A stretch of DNA of 64,000 bases from an uncultured Candidatus Rokubacteria bacterium (lineage in GTDB: Bacteria > Methylomirabilota > Methylomirabilia > Rokubacteriales > CSP1-6): contig CAWBMV010000001.1 of assembly GCA_963789955.1 (NCBI GenBank), forward strand, positions 32,001 to 96,000. The letters run 5' to 3'. The notes below the pieces were generated by a model, which worked only from the letters and a program-made list of their open reading frames with translations, did not search any database and was not told the DNA's origin. Positions 61,694-64,000 of the stretch are shown here, one piece after another. The position numbers and the translations under genes are program-made. The number at the start of each line of letters is the position of its first letter. Within the stretch, counting starts at the first letter, position 1.

Positions 61694-62528
61694 CACTGGA
61701 GCTTCCGGTACTTGCGGCCGACCGGGCAGACGCGCATGCACTCGAAGCACTGGGCGATCGAGTCGCGGAAGAAGCCGAGCGACTGGATGCTCTTCGTGAA
61801 GAAGTCGCTGTAGATCATCGTCCGGCGCCGATCGCGATCGTCCTCGTTCACGATCTGCAGGAGCCCCTTCTGGAACGAGCCGATGCCGTAGGTCTGCGCC
61901 CGCGAGTGGCACTTCTCGCGGTCGTAGGTCGACTGCTGGATGCGCCCGTCCTGCACCGTTCCGGCCAGGCACGCCGGGCACACGCGCAGACACGGCGTCG
62001 TACCGATGCGCTTGTACATCGCCACGCAGCCCGGATGCGGGCACGCGGGCTCGGCCAGCGGCACGTCGGGCTCGAGCGGCAGGGTCGTGATCAGCGCCGC
62101 GTAGTAGAGCAGGCCGTACTCGGGATTCAGGATGATGTGCGCCGCGAGCGAACGTGTGCCGAGCCCGGCGAGCTCCGCGGCGTGCATCATCGACATCGGC
62201 GGCTCGTGGCCGTGGACGGGCAAGGACGGCGCCTGGATCGCCTGGTGCGCCAGGGTGCCCTCGATGAAGTCGCACATCGCGTGGATGGCCACGTTCTCGC
62301 GCAGGTCGTAGCCGGTGATCTCCATCACGCGGTGGTCGGGGCTAGCGCCAGGCGCCGGCGGTCGGCCCGTCGCCGCCGGCGACGACGACGCTCCGGGCGC
62401 CCGGCAGGATGTCCTCCGGGCGATAGCCCTCGGGCACCTTCTCGCGGAACGCTTCGACCGCCGCGATGCCGACCACGCGCGCGCCGGCCTTGAGGCCGAC
62501 GGCCTTCAGCTGCTCCTCGCGGTGTCAT
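61693..62528 (-). CDS. QueG/reductive dehalogenase-like Fe-S protein, paralogue A; frameshifts at the 5' end
   Basis: GARVVGIAA, RPEDILPGARSVVV, HAAELAGLG, LNPEYG, CPHPGC-x11-CLRVCP, CHSR, QCFECMRVCPVG. Confidence 0.78.
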
Positions 62529-62684
62529 GACGGCCCCAGGATAATCCCCTCCGATGCCCTCGTGCGTCTAAACCATCGGGAGGTGGAGAGCGGCATTCTG
62601 CCAGACGGGCAGGTGCGGTGCACCGGCTGAAGAAGGCGGGTCCTCGGCGAAAGACCGTTGCCCGGCACCTGCCTGGACCGCTGG

Positions 62685-63125
62685 CTAGGCACCGGGCGGA
62701 ACGCGGTTGAGCTCGACGATCGTGCTCGCGAGGATGGCCGTGGCCCCGGGGAACGTGCGGAAGCCTACTTCACTGCGGTGAAGAGTCAGCGTGGTTCCGC
62801 GAATCCACCCAGTGATCTGGTCGCCTTTGACCATCAGCGCAGGAGTTTCTGATGGGCCGCCCTGCTCCCTCAGCCTGATGGTGTTGCCGTCAACAATGCC
62901 CTCGATGGGGCCGTGGCGGTCCCGGCTCCGGTGAGGGTCCCCGTCACTCGCGTCCCCGACTGCGTTGAGGACCAGCGTGTACGTGCTCGCCCCGCCCGCC
63001 ATGCTGCCCGTCCACGTGCCGTTGACGTTCGCGGGAGGCATGCCCGAGCTCTGAGTACTCGCGCACCCAGCGAGCACGAAGGCGATCAACAACCCGAGGA
63101 TAGGTCCCGTGGCTCTCTTCAGCAT
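62685..63125 (-). CDS. putative lipoprotein (probably frameshifted)
   Basis: Lipobox LAGC, NVNGTWTGS beta-repeat; AGGAG SD. Confidence 0.55.
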   Translation of the reverse strand: MLKRATGPILGLLIAFVLAGCASTQSSGMPPANVNGTWTGSMAGGASTYTLVLNAVGDASDGDPHRSRDRHGPIEGIVDGNTIRLREQGGPSETPALMVKGDQITGWIRGTTLTLHRSEVGFRTFPGATAILASTIVELNRVPPGA

Positions 63126-63353
63126 TTCTGTCTCTCCTGACGTGGTGATTCTCCCGGCCGCCGCACCCGTGGGTGTCGGCGTTCGGCCCGAACGGTGAGT
63201 TGCCGAACTCCTAATGCTGTCCCTGCCGTGCCATGGGCAGTCATTCTATTGGACGCGGAGCCTAGGGGAAATGGGACCTTAGGCGTGCAGCCACTAGGCT
63301 GCCGGCATGGGACAAGCCCCCCAAAGGGGGTAAAGCGCCGAAAGGGTCACGAC

Positions 63354-63371
63354 TATACCCTCCGGTATAAT
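63354..63371 (+). promoter_or_regulatory. -10 box TATAAT overlapped by palindrome TATACC-N4-GGTATA (putative operator)
   Basis: Palindrome at 63354-63369; TATAAT at 63366-63371, 9 nt before ATG 63381. Confidence 0.55.
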
Positions 63372-63380
63372 CCGCCCGGC

Positions 63381-64000
63381 ATGAATTTCGAGGCGTTGCG
63401 CGCCAGCACATTGCCGGGCTTGCTCGTCGCGCGCGCGCGGGCACGACCCGAGCGGGTCGCGTTCCGCGCGAAGGAGCTCGGCATCTGGCGCGAGACGACG
63501 TGGCGCGAGCTGGCCGAGCGTGTCGGCCGCACTCGCGTGCGGGCTCGCGCGCGAGTACCGGATCGCGGCGGGCGAGACGGTGGCCATCATCGGCAACCCG
63601 TGCCCGGAGTGGACCATCGCGGACCTGGCGGCGCAGGCGCTCGGCGCGATCACCTACGGCATCTATCCGACGAGCGCGCCGGGCGAGGTGCGTCATCTGC
63701 TCCAGCACGGCGGCGCCTCGTTGATCGTCGCCGAGGATCAGGAGCATCTCGACAAGACGCTCGAGGTGCTCGACGAGTGTCCCGATGTTCGCGCGGTGCT
63801 GGTGATCGACACGCGCGCGCTCTTCATGTACCGCCACCCGCGCGTGCGGCCGCTCGCCGAGGTCGAAGCGCGAGGCCGAGAGGCGCTGACCGGCGAGCCC
63901 GATGCGCTCGACCGGCTGGCGCAGCCGTGTCGCCCGACGCGCCCGCGACCATCATCTATACGTCGGGCACCACGGGGCACCCCAAGGGCGCGGTCTACCG
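63381..64000 (+). CDS. long-chain fatty acid-CoA ligase/AMP-binding protein, partial and frameshifted
   Basis: AFRAKELGIWRETTW, IIGNPCPEW, AEDQEHLDK, IIYTSGTTGHPKG. Confidence 0.85.
   Translation, partial: MNFEALRASTLPGLLVARARARPERVAFRAKELGIWRETTWRELAERVGRTRVRARARVPDRGGRDGGHHRQPVPGVDHRGPGGAGARRDHLRHLSDERAGRGASSAPARRRLVDRRRGSGASRQDARGARRVSRCSRGAGDRHARALHVPPPARAAARRGRSARPRGADRRARCARPAGAAVSPDAPATIIYTSGTTGHPKGAVY

Noticed and set aside
60835..62528. Canonical queG, respiratory rdhA or hgcAB
   Set aside because: No GCDxCQ motif, no Tat signal or RdhB anchor, and no NVWCA motif.
62551..62682. Cobalamin riboswitch upstream of the QueG-like operon
   Set aside because: Inverted repeats exist (62608-62616/62665-62673; 62551-62556/62574-62579), but no B12-box motifs are recognisable, a -10 box lies downstream of them, and short IRs are common in GC-rich DNA.

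Overview
High-GC bacterial chromosomal window. Its gene style (many family-5 and PF04392-type ABC substrate-binding proteins, LLM oxidoreductases, amidases) suggests Ca. Rokubacteria/Methylomirabilota; this is inference only. More than 20 genes carry single-base frameshifts, including murB, clpP and tatC, so these are most likely long-read assembly indels rather than pseudogenes. Most of the window is transport and catabolic genes plus a housekeeping block (tig-clpP-clpX-rsmI-thiD-tatC-DEAD helicase). Highlights: (1) an AhpD-like gene split by an in-frame TGA in a CxxU motif, followed by a bacterial SECIS-like stem-loop, so a probable selenoprotein (23900-24499); (2) tRNA-Leu(TAG) at 39099-39183 acts as an integration hotspot, carrying a ~1 kb integrase-less mini-element with duplicated att core, arm-type repeats and IHF-like sites at both ends, then a decayed tyrosine-integrase tail and small or lipoprotein cargo up to tig; (3) an uncharacterised operon of two tandem QueG/reductive-dehalogenase-like Fe-S paralogues, two small proteins and an EamA-GNAT fusion (58949-62528); (4) recurrent apparent CTG starts and TAnnnT boxes 7-10 nt before start codons, suggesting leaderless mRNAs; (5) a large nested hairpin next to a strongly C-depleted AraC 5' half.
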